A DNA stretch of 64,000 nucleotides from Gemmatimonadales bacterium (lineage in GTDB: Bacteria > Gemmatimonadota > Gemmatimonadetes > Gemmatimonadales > GWC2-71-9): contig OZ252244.1 of assembly GCA_965249575.1 (NCBI GenBank), positions 399,127 to 463,126 on the forward strand. The letters run 5' to 3'. This document shows, one piece after another, positions 41,727 to 51,207 of this stretch. The number at the start of each line of letters is the position of its first letter. Positions within the stretch are counted from its first letter, which is position 1. Made by a program: the position numbers and the translations under genes. The notes beneath the pieces were generated by a model. That model worked only from the letters and a program-made list of their open reading frames with translations, made no database searches and was not told the DNA's origin.

Positions 41727-41829
41727 GCGCGGCAACCGACCTCGCCCGCATCCCGCCGGCTCAGTTCTGCAGTTACCTAAAGAACAAAGGCCTCCCCGCG
41801 GCCCGGCGATCATCGGGGATTGCTAGAGA

Positions 41830-41923
41830 CGGATGGTGGTGAGTGGTGAGTAGGGATTGGTGGTTAGGGGTTAGGGGCCAGAAACTACGGCTAGAGACCT
41901 GAAACCTGACCCCCGACACCTCG
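41830..41923. repeat. Intergenic heptamer-repeat locus E (TTAGGGG-type, then ACCTGAM-type units)
   Basis: ggtggtgagtggtgagtagggattggtggttaggggttaggggcc...gacctgaaacctgacccccgacacc. Confidence 0.65.
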
Positions 41924-42391
41924 CTAACGCCTCTTAAACCGATCGCCAACTGCCAACCACACACACCCCACCCCCAACGCCAAGCTGAGCGGCGAGTACA
42001 GCCAGGTGTCCCAGATCGCGAATTGCGAATCTGAGATCGACTTGAAGAATCCGAGTACCCGAAACTCACCGATCGCCCGAAGCACAAACACGAGCCCGAG
42101 CGCCGCGCACGAAAACCTTACCAGGCGCGGTGTGATGTTGGCGAAGATGAGACGGCCACGTGCAAGAACGATCAAGGCAGCTAGGGCAAGGGCCACCGCG
42201 ACTGTCAAGGAACCGAATGCAGAGGGCCTGGGCTGCGGCCTCCCAGGCATAGCCGGCATAACCGCTGTTGGGGCATCGCCAACTGCCCAAGCAATGTGGA
42301 ATGCGCTCAGCACCGCAAACACGACCGCCAGGGCGATCGATACCACTCTCACCCGATGGGCGGCTAGTGTCTCGGTTTGGCTATCTCGCAC
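41924..42391 (-). CDS. DUF3995-like integral membrane protein
   Basis: 155 aa with four TM helices: ..LSAFHIAWAVG.. and ..VFVLRAIGEFRVLGFFK.. Confidence 0.55.
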   Translation of the reverse strand: MRDSQTETLAAHRVRVVSIALAVVFAVLSAFHIAWAVGDAPTAVMPAMPGRPQPRPSAFGSLTVAVALALAALIVLARGRLIFANITPRLVRFSCAALGLVFVLRAIGEFRVLGFFKSISDSQFAIWDTWLYSPLSLALGVGCVWLAVGDRFKRR

Positions 42392-42500
42392 CGGAACCTA
42401 TCCCCTTACTCCCTGATCCCTAACCCCTAACTCCTGGCACCTGGCACCTGGCACTTGGCACTTGGCACCTGGCACGTGGCACGTGGCACGTGGCACCCCA
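42392..42500. repeat. Intergenic heptamer-repeat locus F: CCCTAAC-type units followed by nine contiguous (A)C(C/T/G)TGGC heptamers
   Basis: ccccttactccctgatccctaacccctaac tcctggc acctggc acctggc acttggc acttggc acctggc acgtggc acgtggc acgtggc acccc. Confidence 0.85.
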
Positions 42501-42504
42501 TTCC

Positions 42505-43491
42505 CTATCCCACTCTGGAGAAGAAGTACACCGCCAACCCATTCGGGTCGCTCACAATGAAGCTGCGATGCCCCCACGTTTGCGTTTTCAGCCCTTCCTT
42601 CACAGGGACATTTCGGGCGAGCACACGCCCGTACAACTCGTCCACTTGCTCGACCTCAATGACTATCCAGATGCCTTGCGGGGGTCTGGAATCCCAGGCA
42701 GTATCGCTTCCCTTCTGCTGAGGAGTCGCAATCACCTCGACGATCCCGGAGGCGGCGCGGAAGAGCGTGCCTCGGTCGTCTCGGCCACGATCCCAGCTCT
42801 CCGCGACGGGGAGCTCGAGCGAGTCGCCATAAAATGCTGTCGTCGCTTCGTAATCCTGTGCGAAGAAGGCACACCGGAACTCGCCGTTTGTCATCCCCAT
42901 CTCCTTACGAGTCGTCTCGAGTGTGAAATACCCGCGAGGCCCGGGATGGGGACCTGCCAACGGCGATTCCGGGCCCGTATCACCGTCGATCGTCCTTCGC
43001 TTGACCGAGCTAGCAGTCAGGCGATAGCGGATAAAACGCTCACCATCAACGATGCCCTCCCCGTCCCGGCGAAAGCCCAATCGCAAAATCCCGGCCACGC
43101 GCGTCCGAGTTGGAGGGAGGAGCATGATGACCGAATCGACGCCGAGCTCCTCGAAGGCATGGTCGACGATGCGTGGGTAGAGGGCTCTCGCCGCCCCCCA
43201 GCAGCTCGGATCAAGCACCATCCCAACGTCTGCGTCGTCACCCTCCGGCTGCAATCCACCCCAGCCGATGAACTCCTCGTTAAGAAAGAACGCCCAGGGC
43301 CCGTAACCGTTCTCTTTCCACATTCGCTCCTTTGCCGCCATGAATTTTTCGCACTCGGCCGGACCGAAGTGGCCTCGTGCCAGGGGAAGGTGACGGCGTA
43401 CCCGGGGGTCGTTCATGAGCCGCATGACCGCCTCGGGATCGACTTCAGTGAGACGTTTGAAGACGATCATTTGGTAGTCGCGCCCTATCAT
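42505..43491 (-). CDS. GNAT N-acetyltransferase fused to a glyoxalase/VOC-fold domain
   Basis: The N-terminal half (..WAFFLNEEFIGWGGLQPE..RIVDHAFEELGVDSVIM..) is GNAT-like. The C-terminal half (..FRCAFFAQDYEATTAFYGDSLELPV...WGHRSFIVSDPNGLAVYF) is VOC-like. Confidence 0.6.
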   Translation of the reverse strand: MIGRDYQMIVFKRLTEVDPEAVMRLMNDPRVRRHLPLARGHFGPAECEKFMAAKERMWKENGYGPWAFFLNEEFIGWGGLQPEGDDADVGMVLDPSCWGAARALYPRIVDHAFEELGVDSVIMLLPPTRTRVAGILRLGFRRDGEGIVDGERFIRYRLTASSVKRRTIDGDTGPESPLAGPHPGPRGYFTLETTRKEMGMTNGEFRCAFFAQDYEATTAFYGDSLELPVAESWDRGRDDRGTLFRAASGIVEVIATPQQKGSDTAWDSRPPQGIWIVIEVEQVDELYGRVLARNVPVKEGLKTQTWGHRSFIVSDPNGLAVYFFSRVG

Positions 43492-43528
43492 GCTCTGACC
43501 CGGCGATCGACGTTCGCCTCAATTCCGC

Positions 43529-44380
43529 TCAACGGGTCCTTCGAAAGACTTGCTTCACCCTTCGCTCGCCCAGGGTGTCACTCACCGTGCGATCGAGTAC
43601 CAACGTCTGCCGGTTGTCCATCATCTGGATGCGGTCTACCGCAGTGAACTCACCGCCTCGAGTGACCGCGCTGGTTCTCATGACCAACACGGCCCACTCC
43701 CACATGGCGGTGCTGCGGCGAACTTCGCCGGGCAACTCGTTGACACACTCCTGGCCGTCAGTGGTGCAGCTGAAGGAGAACTGGCGCGGCCCCTGGTCGT
43801 CCTCCACGGCAACTGTTACCGCGATTTCCGGATCCTGGTGGTCGACCGTCCAGGTCCAGACTATGTCCCGCGCGGGCGCCCCCCCGATCATTCGGCTCTC
43901 ACCGGGATCGAGCCTCCAAACACCGGTCAGGACTGGGGGCGGCGGCGGTCGGTTCGAGTTGTCCATGTCGGAAAAGATGAACCATCGCCCACAAGGCCCT
44001 TTCTGGAGCGTGAGCGTGAACTTCCCGGCATCGGGATCGCTGTGCTTCTCGGCGTAGCCGCCGATTATGTAGGCGACCGAGCGGCTGATCTCGTACGCGA
44101 TTGCGCGAAGAGCGAGCGGCCCACGACCTCCGCCATAGTAATCAGCGATTGCAGCGCGACCGCGGATTGGGGGGCGACCGCCCGAGAGCACAAACCCATC
44201 CTCCGCGAAGAGCGCGGCCAGCTCCGCCCCTCCGGCGCGATAGGCACTTTCGTAGTCGGTGAGAACCCGGGCGAGCTCGGCGGGAAGCTCCACACTGGGA
44301 GAGAGCGACACCGCACCCTGTTGTGCAGTGGCGGAGAAAGCGAGAAATGTGAGAAAGCTTGTGGCGATCAACGTGGGCAT
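43529..44380 (-). CDS. Secreted two-domain protein (N-terminal SnoaL/DUF4440-like)
   Basis: Signal MPTLIATSFLTFLAFSATAQ, then ..YESAYRAGGAELAALFAEDGFVL..GKFTLTLQKGPCGRWFIFSDM. Confidence 0.5.
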   Translation of the reverse strand: MPTLIATSFLTFLAFSATAQQGAVSLSPSVELPAELARVLTDYESAYRAGGAELAALFAEDGFVLSGGRPPIRGRAAIADYYGGGRGPLALRAIAYEISRSVAYIIGGYAEKHSDPDAGKFTLTLQKGPCGRWFIFSDMDNSNRPPPPPVLTGVWRLDPGESRMIGGAPARDIVWTWTVDHQDPEIAVTVAVEDDQGPRQFSFSCTTDGQECVNELPGEVRRSTAMWEWAVLVMRTSAVTRGGEFTAVDRIQMMDNRQTLVLDRTVSDTLGERRVKQVFRRTR

Positions 44381-44451
44381 GCCGTCCCCTCCGTCGCCGG
44401 CCGGCTCGGGTACTCAGCTCGGGACCTTTCGCCCGTCGCCCCGCACCAATC

Positions 44452-45618
44452 TCAGTGCGCGTACAGCCCGCGCGCGATGACCATGCGCTGGATCTCGCTC
44501 GTCCCCTCGTAGATCTGGATCACCTTCGCATCGCGGAACAGACGCTCGACCGGATAGTCCCGCATGTACCCGTACCCACCAAAAATCTGTACCGCCTCCG
44601 TCGTCACCCACATGGCGCACTCCGACGCGAAGAGCTTTGCCATGCTGGCGATCGTCGTCGCCTTCTCGCCGCGGTCAGCCGTGTGGGCGGCCTCGTGCAG
44701 CAACGAGCGGGAGGCCGCGACGTGGGTGGCCATGTCGGCGAGCTTGAACTGGATGGCCTGAAAATCCTTGAGCGGGGTCTCGAACTGCTTGCGCTCGGCG
44801 GCGTACGTGAGGGAATGCTCCAACGCCGCTCGCGCGATGCCGAGTGCCTGAGCCGCCGCGCCCATTCGGCCGCGGTCGAGACCCTCGAGCGCGTAGATGA
44901 ATCCGCTTCCCACGTCGCCCAAGAGGTGTTCCGGCCCGAGCCGGACGTCGTTCAGCGCGAGCGTGGTCGTATGAGACGCCCGAAGCCCCATATTGTCTTC
45001 CGGCTTCCCCGGCTCCACGCCTGGTGTGTCGGCCGGAAGGATGAACGTCGAGATGCCGTGGGCGCCCTTGGGATCGTCGGGCGAATCCGTCCGCGCCATC
45101 AGGAGAATCACGTCGGCCGTGTCCCCGTTCGTCACCCACGCCTTGGTCCCTTCCAGTACCCAGCTCTCCCCATCGAGCCGCGCTCGGGCCTTGAGCGAGG
45201 CGGCGTCCGACCCACTGTCGGCCTCCGACAGTGAGAACGCCGCGAGGAGTTCGCCGGTCGCCATGGGCTTGAGCCAGCGGTCCTTCTGCTCGGGGGTCCC
45301 GTGCTGGAGCAACATCCCGGAGGCGATCGAGTTGTGAATGCTCAGCGAGATCGCGACGCCCGCGTCGGCGGTCGCGATTTCCTCGACCACCATCAGGTAC
45401 GTGAGCGTGTCCAGACCGAGGCCGTCGTAGTCCTCCGGAATGAGCATCCCATAGAATCCGAGCTCGGCAAGCTTTCGCATCGTTTCTGCAGGGTACTCGG
45501 CCTTGCGATCCCACTCGGCCGCGTAGGGTGCGATCTCGCTCTGCGCGAAATCGCGTGCCAGCGCCACGATCTCACGACGCTGCTCCTCGGTGTGATTCTC
45601 CAGCTCAACGGTTGTCAT
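44452..45618 (-). CDS. Acyl-CoA dehydrogenase
   Basis: Full-length ACAD: ..[13 protein letters not shown].., ..[34 protein letters not shown].. Confidence 0.9.
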   Translation of the reverse strand: MTTVELENHTEEQRREIVALARDFAQSEIAPYAAEWDRKAEYPAETMRKLAELGFYGMLIPEDYDGLGLDTLTYLMVVEEIATADAGVAISLSIHNSIASGMLLQHGTPEQKDRWLKPMATGELLAAFSLSEADSGSDAASLKARARLDGESWVLEGTKAWVTNGDTADVILLMARTDSPDDPKGAHGISTFILPADTPGVEPGKPEDNMGLRASHTTTLALNDVRLGPEHLLGDVGSGFIYALEGLDRGRMGAAAQALGIARAALEHSLTYAAERKQFETPLKDFQAIQFKLADMATHVAASRSLLHEAAHTADRGEKATTIASMAKLFASECAMWVTTEAVQIFGGYGYMRDYPVERLFRDAKVIQIYEGTSEIQRMVIARGLYAH

Positions 45619-45747
45619 AGAATCCGCGCCCGCGTTTTCGACCGAGCTGCCCCGCGGCTACCACCCTTCCGGAGCAAAGGATCATGGACGGTATTTGTCG
45701 TCTCCCAACCCGTCACGCAACACCCCGAGGATCGAAGGAGGACCGTT

Positions 45748-46575
45748 TCAAGTCGTCCCCTCTCGAGCGCGATCGGGCATTGCCCGGCGCCGAAGCACGC
45801 TCCGGGCCAGGAGGATCGTGACGCCGGCCATCACGAGGGTGCTGGCCACGCCGCCCTCCGGCCCGAAATCTCCGCCCGTAAGCCACGCCGCGGTGCCGGC
45901 GCCGTACTCGAGAGCGGGAAGCTCGAAGCCAACGCCGCTCACGGGCGCATCCGCCCCGACCCCCAGTCCCCAGTTCCAGCCGAGGTGCAATCCCCAGGCC
46001 GCCGGGAGACCACCGGGAGTGAAGAACGCGGCACTCAGGACCAGCGAGGCGAGCGCGATGTTTGCGAGCCCGAGCCCGGTGACCTCGGGATTGGCAAGAT
46101 GTGCCAGCGCAAACAACAGCGCCAGGCCGGCACTAGCCGGCACCGGGCCGACGACCTCGGCCAGCCTGGCCAGCGGGAACCCGCGGAACAGGAGCTCCTC
46201 CGCCAGCGCGGCGACCGCGAGCCCCGCTGTTACGCCCAGGGCCGCGAACGCGTAGGCCGACACTGGTTCGCCGGTGATCCCGACGCGGGCACCGCCGAAC
46301 GCGACGCCCACGAACAGCACCGCCGCGGCCATGCCGAGACCGATCGCGCTTCCCCACCCGAACCACACCGTCGAGCGCCGCACCCCGGGCCATCCCATCC
46401 AGGCCCCCGTGCGCCACTTCGCAAGCACCCAGATGCCGTTCGCAATCGCGGCTGCCGCCGCGAGTTGTGCCAGCTGAGGCACGAAAGGAGGCGCCCACTC
46501 GCTCCCCAGGCCCTCCGGCCACAACAACCCCAGCACTGCCCACAGCACGGCCACGACACCGTAGTACCCAAACAC
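45748..46575 (-). CDS. CPBP family intramembrane metalloprotease
   Basis: LAEELLFRGFPL (EExxxR) and LLFALAHLAN (FxxxH) in a polytopic membrane protein. Confidence 0.7.
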   Translation of the reverse strand: MFGYYGVVAVLWAVLGLLWPEGLGSEWAPPFVPQLAQLAAAAAIANGIWVLAKWRTGAWMGWPGVRRSTVWFGWGSAIGLGMAAAVLFVGVAFGGARVGITGEPVSAYAFAALGVTAGLAVAALAEELLFRGFPLARLAEVVGPVPASAGLALLFALAHLANPEVTGLGLANIALASLVLSAAFFTPGGLPAAWGLHLGWNWGLGVGADAPVSGVGFELPALEYGAGTAAWLTGGDFGPEGGVASTLVMAGVTILLARSVLRRRAMPDRAREGTT

Positions 46576-46631
46576 CGCGAGGACCGCGTGCCCGGTCGCA
46601 AGCGCCCGCTCGGGAAAGAACCCGCGGTCCG

Positions 46632-47198
46632 TCAGAGAAGGTCGCGAACCGCGCCGCCAAGTCGGCGGATGATCACGGATGCCAGCAGAACCTTGACGGC
46701 GTCGCCCGCCAAGAACGGGAGGGATCCCAATCGGAGGGCCGCCCCGACGTCCCCGCCCAGCGCCGCGAGGTGCGCCACCCCACCCAAGTGAATGATGATC
46801 ACGCCAATCAACGCGCCCCCGACGACGTTGGCCCAGCTTTGACGGGCCGCGATCTGTCCGACCGCGACCGCAGCCACCGGGAACGCGAGCAGGTAGCCGC
46901 CCGTGGGGCCGAGGAGGCGAGCGAGCCCCGGCAATCCAACAGGCGCGAACACCGGTATCCCAGCCGCTCCGATGGCCAGATAGGTCACCAGGCTCGCCGC
47001 CGCCAGCCGAGGCCCCAAGAGTCCACCGACGACCAGTACCGCCGGCACCTGGAACGTCAACGGGACCGGTGTGCCCGGAAGGGGCACCGCGGCCTGCGCG
47101 CCCAGTGCCACCAGGAGCACGCCGGCGCCCACCGCCGCCACGCGGCGCCAGACCCCGAGGGAGATCGCGCGTGTAGAGACGGTGCGAGCGTTATGCAC
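46632..47198 (-). CDS. bioY: Biotin transporter BioY
   Basis: ..[31 protein letters not shown]...[14 protein letters not shown]... The GTG start at 47198 was chosen and is uncertain. Confidence 0.75.
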   Translation of the reverse strand: MHNARTVSTRAISLGVWRRVAAVGAGVLLVALGAQAAVPLPGTPVPLTFQVPAVLVVGGLLGPRLAAASLVTYLAIGAAGIPVFAPVGLPGLARLLGPTGGYLLAFPVAAVAVGQIAARQSWANVVGGALIGVIIIHLGGVAHLAALGGDVGAALRLGSLPFLAGDAVKVLLASVIIRRLGGAVRDLL

Positions 47199-47360
47199 TG
47201 ATCCGAATCCTCGGTGCGCGGTGACGAGCGTGTTGCGCCCTGCGCCGGCGAGTCCCGAAGCGCGCGTCGGTGGGGCCTGTCCCGTGACCGATCGGCCACC
47301 CACAAGCGAACCGCAGGGCGCGGTGGGACACGCCGGCTGGGGCGCTCCGCGCGCAGTGAA

Positions 47361-48560
47361 TCACGCCCGCTCGACGCTCAGGGCCACGGCGTTTCCGCCC
47401 CCGAGGCACAGCGTCGCGAGTCCCGTAGCGGCGTCCCGGTCTTTCATCGCATACAGGAGCGTCGTCAGGACGCGCGCGCCGCTCGCGCCGATGGGGTGGC
47501 CGAGTGCCACGGCGCCGCCGTTCACGTTGACGCGATCCCAATCGAATCCGAGTGCCCGCCCGTCGGCGAGCGTCTGGACGGCAAACGCCTCGTTCACCTC
47601 GATGAGATCGTAATCGCTGACTTTCGACTTGGCTTTCGCCATGAGGTTCTCGACCGCAACGATCGGCGCAAAGAACAAGTCCTTGGGCTCGCCCCCACCG
47701 GTCGCGTAGGCAGTCACCCGCCCCAGCACCTCGAGACCGTGTGCCGCCGCGAAGGCCTCGGACGTGACGACGAGGGCGCTCGCCCCATCGTTCAGCCCCG
47801 GGGCGTTACCTGCCGTAACGGTCCCATTTTTCTCGAACGCGGGCTTTAGCGCCGCAAGCGCCTCGGCGGAGGTGCCCTTACGCGGGCTCTCGTCCTTGTC
47901 GATCACCGCCGAGCCCTTCCGCCCACGCACCTCGACCGGCACGATCTCGGCTGAGAACCGGCAGCTCTCGATGGCATCCACCGCCTTGCGATGGCTCTCG
48001 AGCGCGAACTGATCCTGCTCTTCCCGCGTGACCTTCGCCTTCTGGGCTGTGTACTCGGCATGCACGCCCATGTGGCAGTCGCCGAAAGAGCACCAGAGAC
48101 CGTCGTGGATCACGCCGTCGAGTATCTGTTGGTGGCCGAACTTCACGCCCTTGCGAAGACCGTACTGATAGTGGGGCGCCGTGGACATGGATTCCATGCC
48201 GCCTGCCAGGATGCACTGCGCATCCCCCGCCTTGATGGCCTGGGCGGCAAGCATCACGGCCTTCAGGCCGGAGCCGCACACCTTGTTGATCGTCATCGCT
48301 GGCACGGTGCCCGGAACCCTGCCGAGGATGGCCGCCTGGCGGGCGGGGGCCTGGCCGGAGCCGCCCTGCACCACGTTACCCAGAATGACCTCTTCGATGG
48401 CGGACGGCTCGATCCCGGCCCGCTCGACGGCCTCCCGCACGACGATGGCGCCCAGGTCCGGTGCCCTCAGCGAGCTCAGGCCGCCCAGGTATCGCCCGAT
48501 CGGCGTCCGCGTAGCGCTCACGATGACAGCCGTTCGATCCTTCTCAGTCATAGACAACAT
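47361..48560 (-). CDS. Acetyl-CoA C-acetyltransferase (thiolase II)
   Basis: ..[12 protein letters not shown].. (active Cys), ..[19 protein letters not shown].. and ..[10 protein letters not shown].. An alternative ATG lies at 48551. Confidence 0.9.
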   Translation of the reverse strand: MLSMTEKDRTAVIVSATRTPIGRYLGGLSSLRAPDLGAIVVREAVERAGIEPSAIEEVILGNVVQGGSGQAPARQAAILGRVPGTVPAMTINKVCGSGLKAVMLAAQAIKAGDAQCILAGGMESMSTAPHYQYGLRKGVKFGHQQILDGVIHDGLWCSFGDCHMGVHAEYTAQKAKVTREEQDQFALESHRKAVDAIESCRFSAEIVPVEVRGRKGSAVIDKDESPRKGTSAEALAALKPAFEKNGTVTAGNAPGLNDGASALVVTSEAFAAAHGLEVLGRVTAYATGGGEPKDLFFAPIVAVENLMAKAKSKVSDYDLIEVNEAFAVQTLADGRALGFDWDRVNVNGGAVALGHPIGASGARVLTTLLYAMKDRDAATGLATLCLGGGNAVALSVERA

Positions 48561-48644
48561 CCCTCAAATATCCTCGCATGATATAACGCCAATCCGCGCG
48601 CCCGAGTTCGTGCGCGGGCAGAATAGCCACCGGTGCCGACCGCC

Positions 48645-50603
48645 TCAACCCTCACCACCGAGGGAGCTGGCGCGCGTTTGAATCTCCCGCCGGACCCGTG
48701 CGAGGAACTCGTCTACTCCGACGATCTCCTGCTTCTTCTTGTTGGCGCCACGGACCCGAACCGCCACGGTACCCTGCTCGACCTCCCGTTTCCCCACAAC
48801 GGCCATGTACGGGACCTTCATCAGCCCCCCGTCCCGAATCCGATAGTTCAGGGTGTCGCTCCGCCCATCCACCATCGACCGCACGCCCGCAGCGCGGAAT
48901 CGTTCGTGAATGCCGCGCGCGGCCTCGGCCTGGTCGTCGGTGATGGGAATGACCCGCAACTGCTCCGGCGAAAGCCACAGCGGGAACGCACCGGCGTAGT
49001 GCTCGATCATCATGCCGGCGAACCGCTCGATCGTGCCCAGAATGGCGCGGTGGATCATCACCGGTCGATGCGCCTTGTTGTCGGCCCCGATGTACTCGAG
49101 CTCGAACCGCTCGGGCAACTGATAGTCCAGCTGGATCGTCGTTCCCTGCCATTCGCGACCGATCGCGTCGGTCATCTTGATGTCGATCTTCGGGCCGTAG
49201 AACGCTCCACCCCCGGCATCCAACCCATAGGTGAGGCCCCGGCGGTCGAGCGCCGCGGCCAACGCTTTTTCCGCCAACTCCCACGCGGCGTCCTCCCCCA
49301 TCTTCTTTTCCGGCCTCGTCGCGAGATCGATCCGATACTGAAAGCCGAAGACCTGACCCAGCACGTAATCGGTCAGATCGAGCATCTGGAAGATCTCTTC
49401 CTCGATCTGGTCTTCACGCAGGAAGACGTGGGCGTCGTCCATGGTCAGTCCGCGGACCCGGAGCAGTCCGTGCAGCGTGCCGGAGAGCTCGTTCCGGTAG
49501 ACGTTGGCTATCTCCGCGAGGCGGATCGGAAGATCGCGGTAGGAGCGCTGCCTCGACGCATAGATCAACGTGTGCATCGGGCAATTCATGGGTTTCAGCC
49601 GATACCGCACGTCGTCCGATTCGCCCTCGCCGGCAGCCGTCGCGGGGAACTGCACGTGCTCGTAGAGGGGAAGGTGCCCCGACCGGCGGAAGAGCTGCTC
49701 GCGGGTGACGTGTGGCGTGTATACCAAGTCGTAGCCCCGCTTCACCACCTCGCCTTCGATGAGCTGCCGCAACTCGTGCTGGATGGTCGCGCCCCTGGGA
49801 TGCCACAGGATCAGCCCGGGGCCCACGTCCTCGTGGATGCTGAACAGGTCGAGCTGCTTCCCCAGTGTCCGGTGATCCCGCCGCGCCGCCTCCTCGAGCC
49901 GCTGGGTGTAGGACTCGAGGTCGGCCTTTTTGAACCACGCGGTTCCGTAGATCCGCTGCAGCATCTGCCGCCGGGAATCACCGCGCCAGTACGCTCCCGC
50001 CGCGTGCAGGAGCTTGAAGTGCTTGATGCGCCCGGTGTGCGGGACGTGAGGCCCGCGGCACAAGTCGACGAACGGCCCGTTCGTATAGACTGAGATCGTC
50101 TCGTCGTCACCCAACTCGCTGAGACGCTCGAGCTTCAGCGGGTCGTCGCGGAACTGCTTTTCGGCTTCGACGCGGTCGACTTCCTCCCGCACAAACGAAT
50201 CGTCCGCTTTGACGACCTCGCGCATGCGGGCTTCGATCCTCTCGAGGTCGTCGGGTGTGAACGGTCTTTCCACCTCGAAATCGTAGTAAAAGCCGTCATC
50301 GATGGGTGGCCCGAAACCGATGTTGGCATCGGGAAACAGCTGCCGCACGGCCGTGGCCAGAACGTGGGCGGAGGAGTGCCTGAGAACCGCGAGCGCGTCG
50401 GGATCGTCTTCCGTCAGGATCTCGAGCCGAGTGTCGATGGTAATTGGCCGGTCGAGATCCCACACGTCCCCGTTGACGCGGGCGGCCACCGCGGCCTTGG
50501 CGAGCCTGGCGCCGATGTCGGCGGCGACCTCCCCCGCAGGAGTTCCGGCGGCGACTTCGCGCACGCTTCCGTCGGGGAGGGTTATGCGTATCGTCTCTGC
50601 CAT
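48645..50603 (-). CDS. thrS: Threonine--tRNA ligase
   Basis: MAETIRITLPDGS... (TGS domain), class II motifs and a C-terminal anticodon-binding domain. The start was moved to ATG 50603. Confidence 0.95.
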   Translation of the reverse strand: MAETIRITLPDGSVREVAAGTPAGEVAADIGARLAKAAVAARVNGDVWDLDRPITIDTRLEILTEDDPDALAVLRHSSAHVLATAVRQLFPDANIGFGPPIDDGFYYDFEVERPFTPDDLERIEARMREVVKADDSFVREEVDRVEAEKQFRDDPLKLERLSELGDDETISVYTNGPFVDLCRGPHVPHTGRIKHFKLLHAAGAYWRGDSRRQMLQRIYGTAWFKKADLESYTQRLEEAARRDHRTLGKQLDLFSIHEDVGPGLILWHPRGATIQHELRQLIEGEVVKRGYDLVYTPHVTREQLFRRSGHLPLYEHVQFPATAAGEGESDDVRYRLKPMNCPMHTLIYASRQRSYRDLPIRLAEIANVYRNELSGTLHGLLRVRGLTMDDAHVFLREDQIEEEIFQMLDLTDYVLGQVFGFQYRIDLATRPEKKMGEDAAWELAEKALAAALDRRGLTYGLDAGGGAFYGPKIDIKMTDAIGREWQGTTIQLDYQLPERFELEYIGADNKAHRPVMIHRAILGTIERFAGMMIEHYAGAFPLWLSPEQLRVIPITDDQAEAARGIHERFRAAGVRSMVDGRSDTLNYRIRDGGLMKVPYMAVVGKREVEQGTVAVRVRGANKKKQEIVGVDEFLARVRREIQTRASSLGGEG

Positions 50604-50830
50604 GCGCTGGTTTCGGTTGACGGCTATTCGGGTGCGTTGCGGGATGACCACCGCCGCGCGGGCGGCCGCGGCTATACCGGCGGCGGCCGCAAGTCCTTAT
50701 AATTCTAGCGCGTGCACTCTTTTCGTGCCATGGAGGACACCTGCCGCGACACACACATGAAGATTCGAGCATCGTCGGCGACCTGCTCGTCGCAGCCCTC
50801 AGTTTTGCGGGCGGGCTGTTCGGCGGGATC

Positions 50831-51178
50831 GTGGCCGGGAGTCTACTCGGGCGGGTCAACTCGGACAGCCTGCGGCACGCGGTTCGCTCCCTCCGGCGCG
50901 AGGAGCGCCGCACACCCATCGATCCCGAACGGCTCGCCGACGAGGTCAATGAGGCACTCCTCGCGAACCCCGCGACCGAGTCGCTGGACGTCTCCGTCAG
51001 GGCCGTGGACGACGATCTGCTCGAGCTCACGGGCATCGCCCCCGACGATGACGCGCGCCGGATTGCTGGCGCCGTCGCGGCCGAGGCAGCGGGCGGCGCC
51101 GTTGTGGTCAATCGCATCCTCGTCGAGGGGAGCGACGTCACCCGCCAGAAATCGGGGCCGGCTTCGGGCACGTCCTGA
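50831..51178 (+). CDS. BON-domain-like small protein; true start probably upstream
   Basis: ..LDVSVRAVDDDLLELTGIAPDDDARRIAGAVA..VVVNRILV. A TM-like segment (DSSIVGDLLVAALSFAGGLFGGIVAG) is in-frame upstream from 50762 but lacks a start codon. The ATG at 50758 is one base out of frame. Confidence 0.45.
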   Translation: MAGSLLGRVNSDSLRHAVRSLRREERRTPIDPERLADEVNEALLANPATESLDVSVRAVDDDLLELTGIAPDDDARRIAGAVAAEAAGGAVVVNRILVEGSDVTRQKSGPASGTS

Positions 51179-51207
51179 TTCCGGGGCCGACTCGAGAACC
51201 TGAGCAC

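Noticed and set aside
41861-41877. The TTAGGGG repeats could be telomere-like sequence or a replicon end
   Set aside because: There are only two units. They are embedded in the same heptamer family found at internal intergenic sites, with normal genes on both sides.
42432-42496. The TGGCAC strings in the heptamer arrays look like sigma-54 -24 elements
   Set aside because: They occur as back-to-back 7-nt tandem units in both orientations. None has a TTGC -12 element at the required spacing. The arrays sit at gene 3' ends rather than upstream of genes.
42392-42500. The tandem repeat arrays could be a CRISPR array
   Set aside because: The units are only 7 nt long and directly abutting with no spacers. 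No cas genes are in the window.
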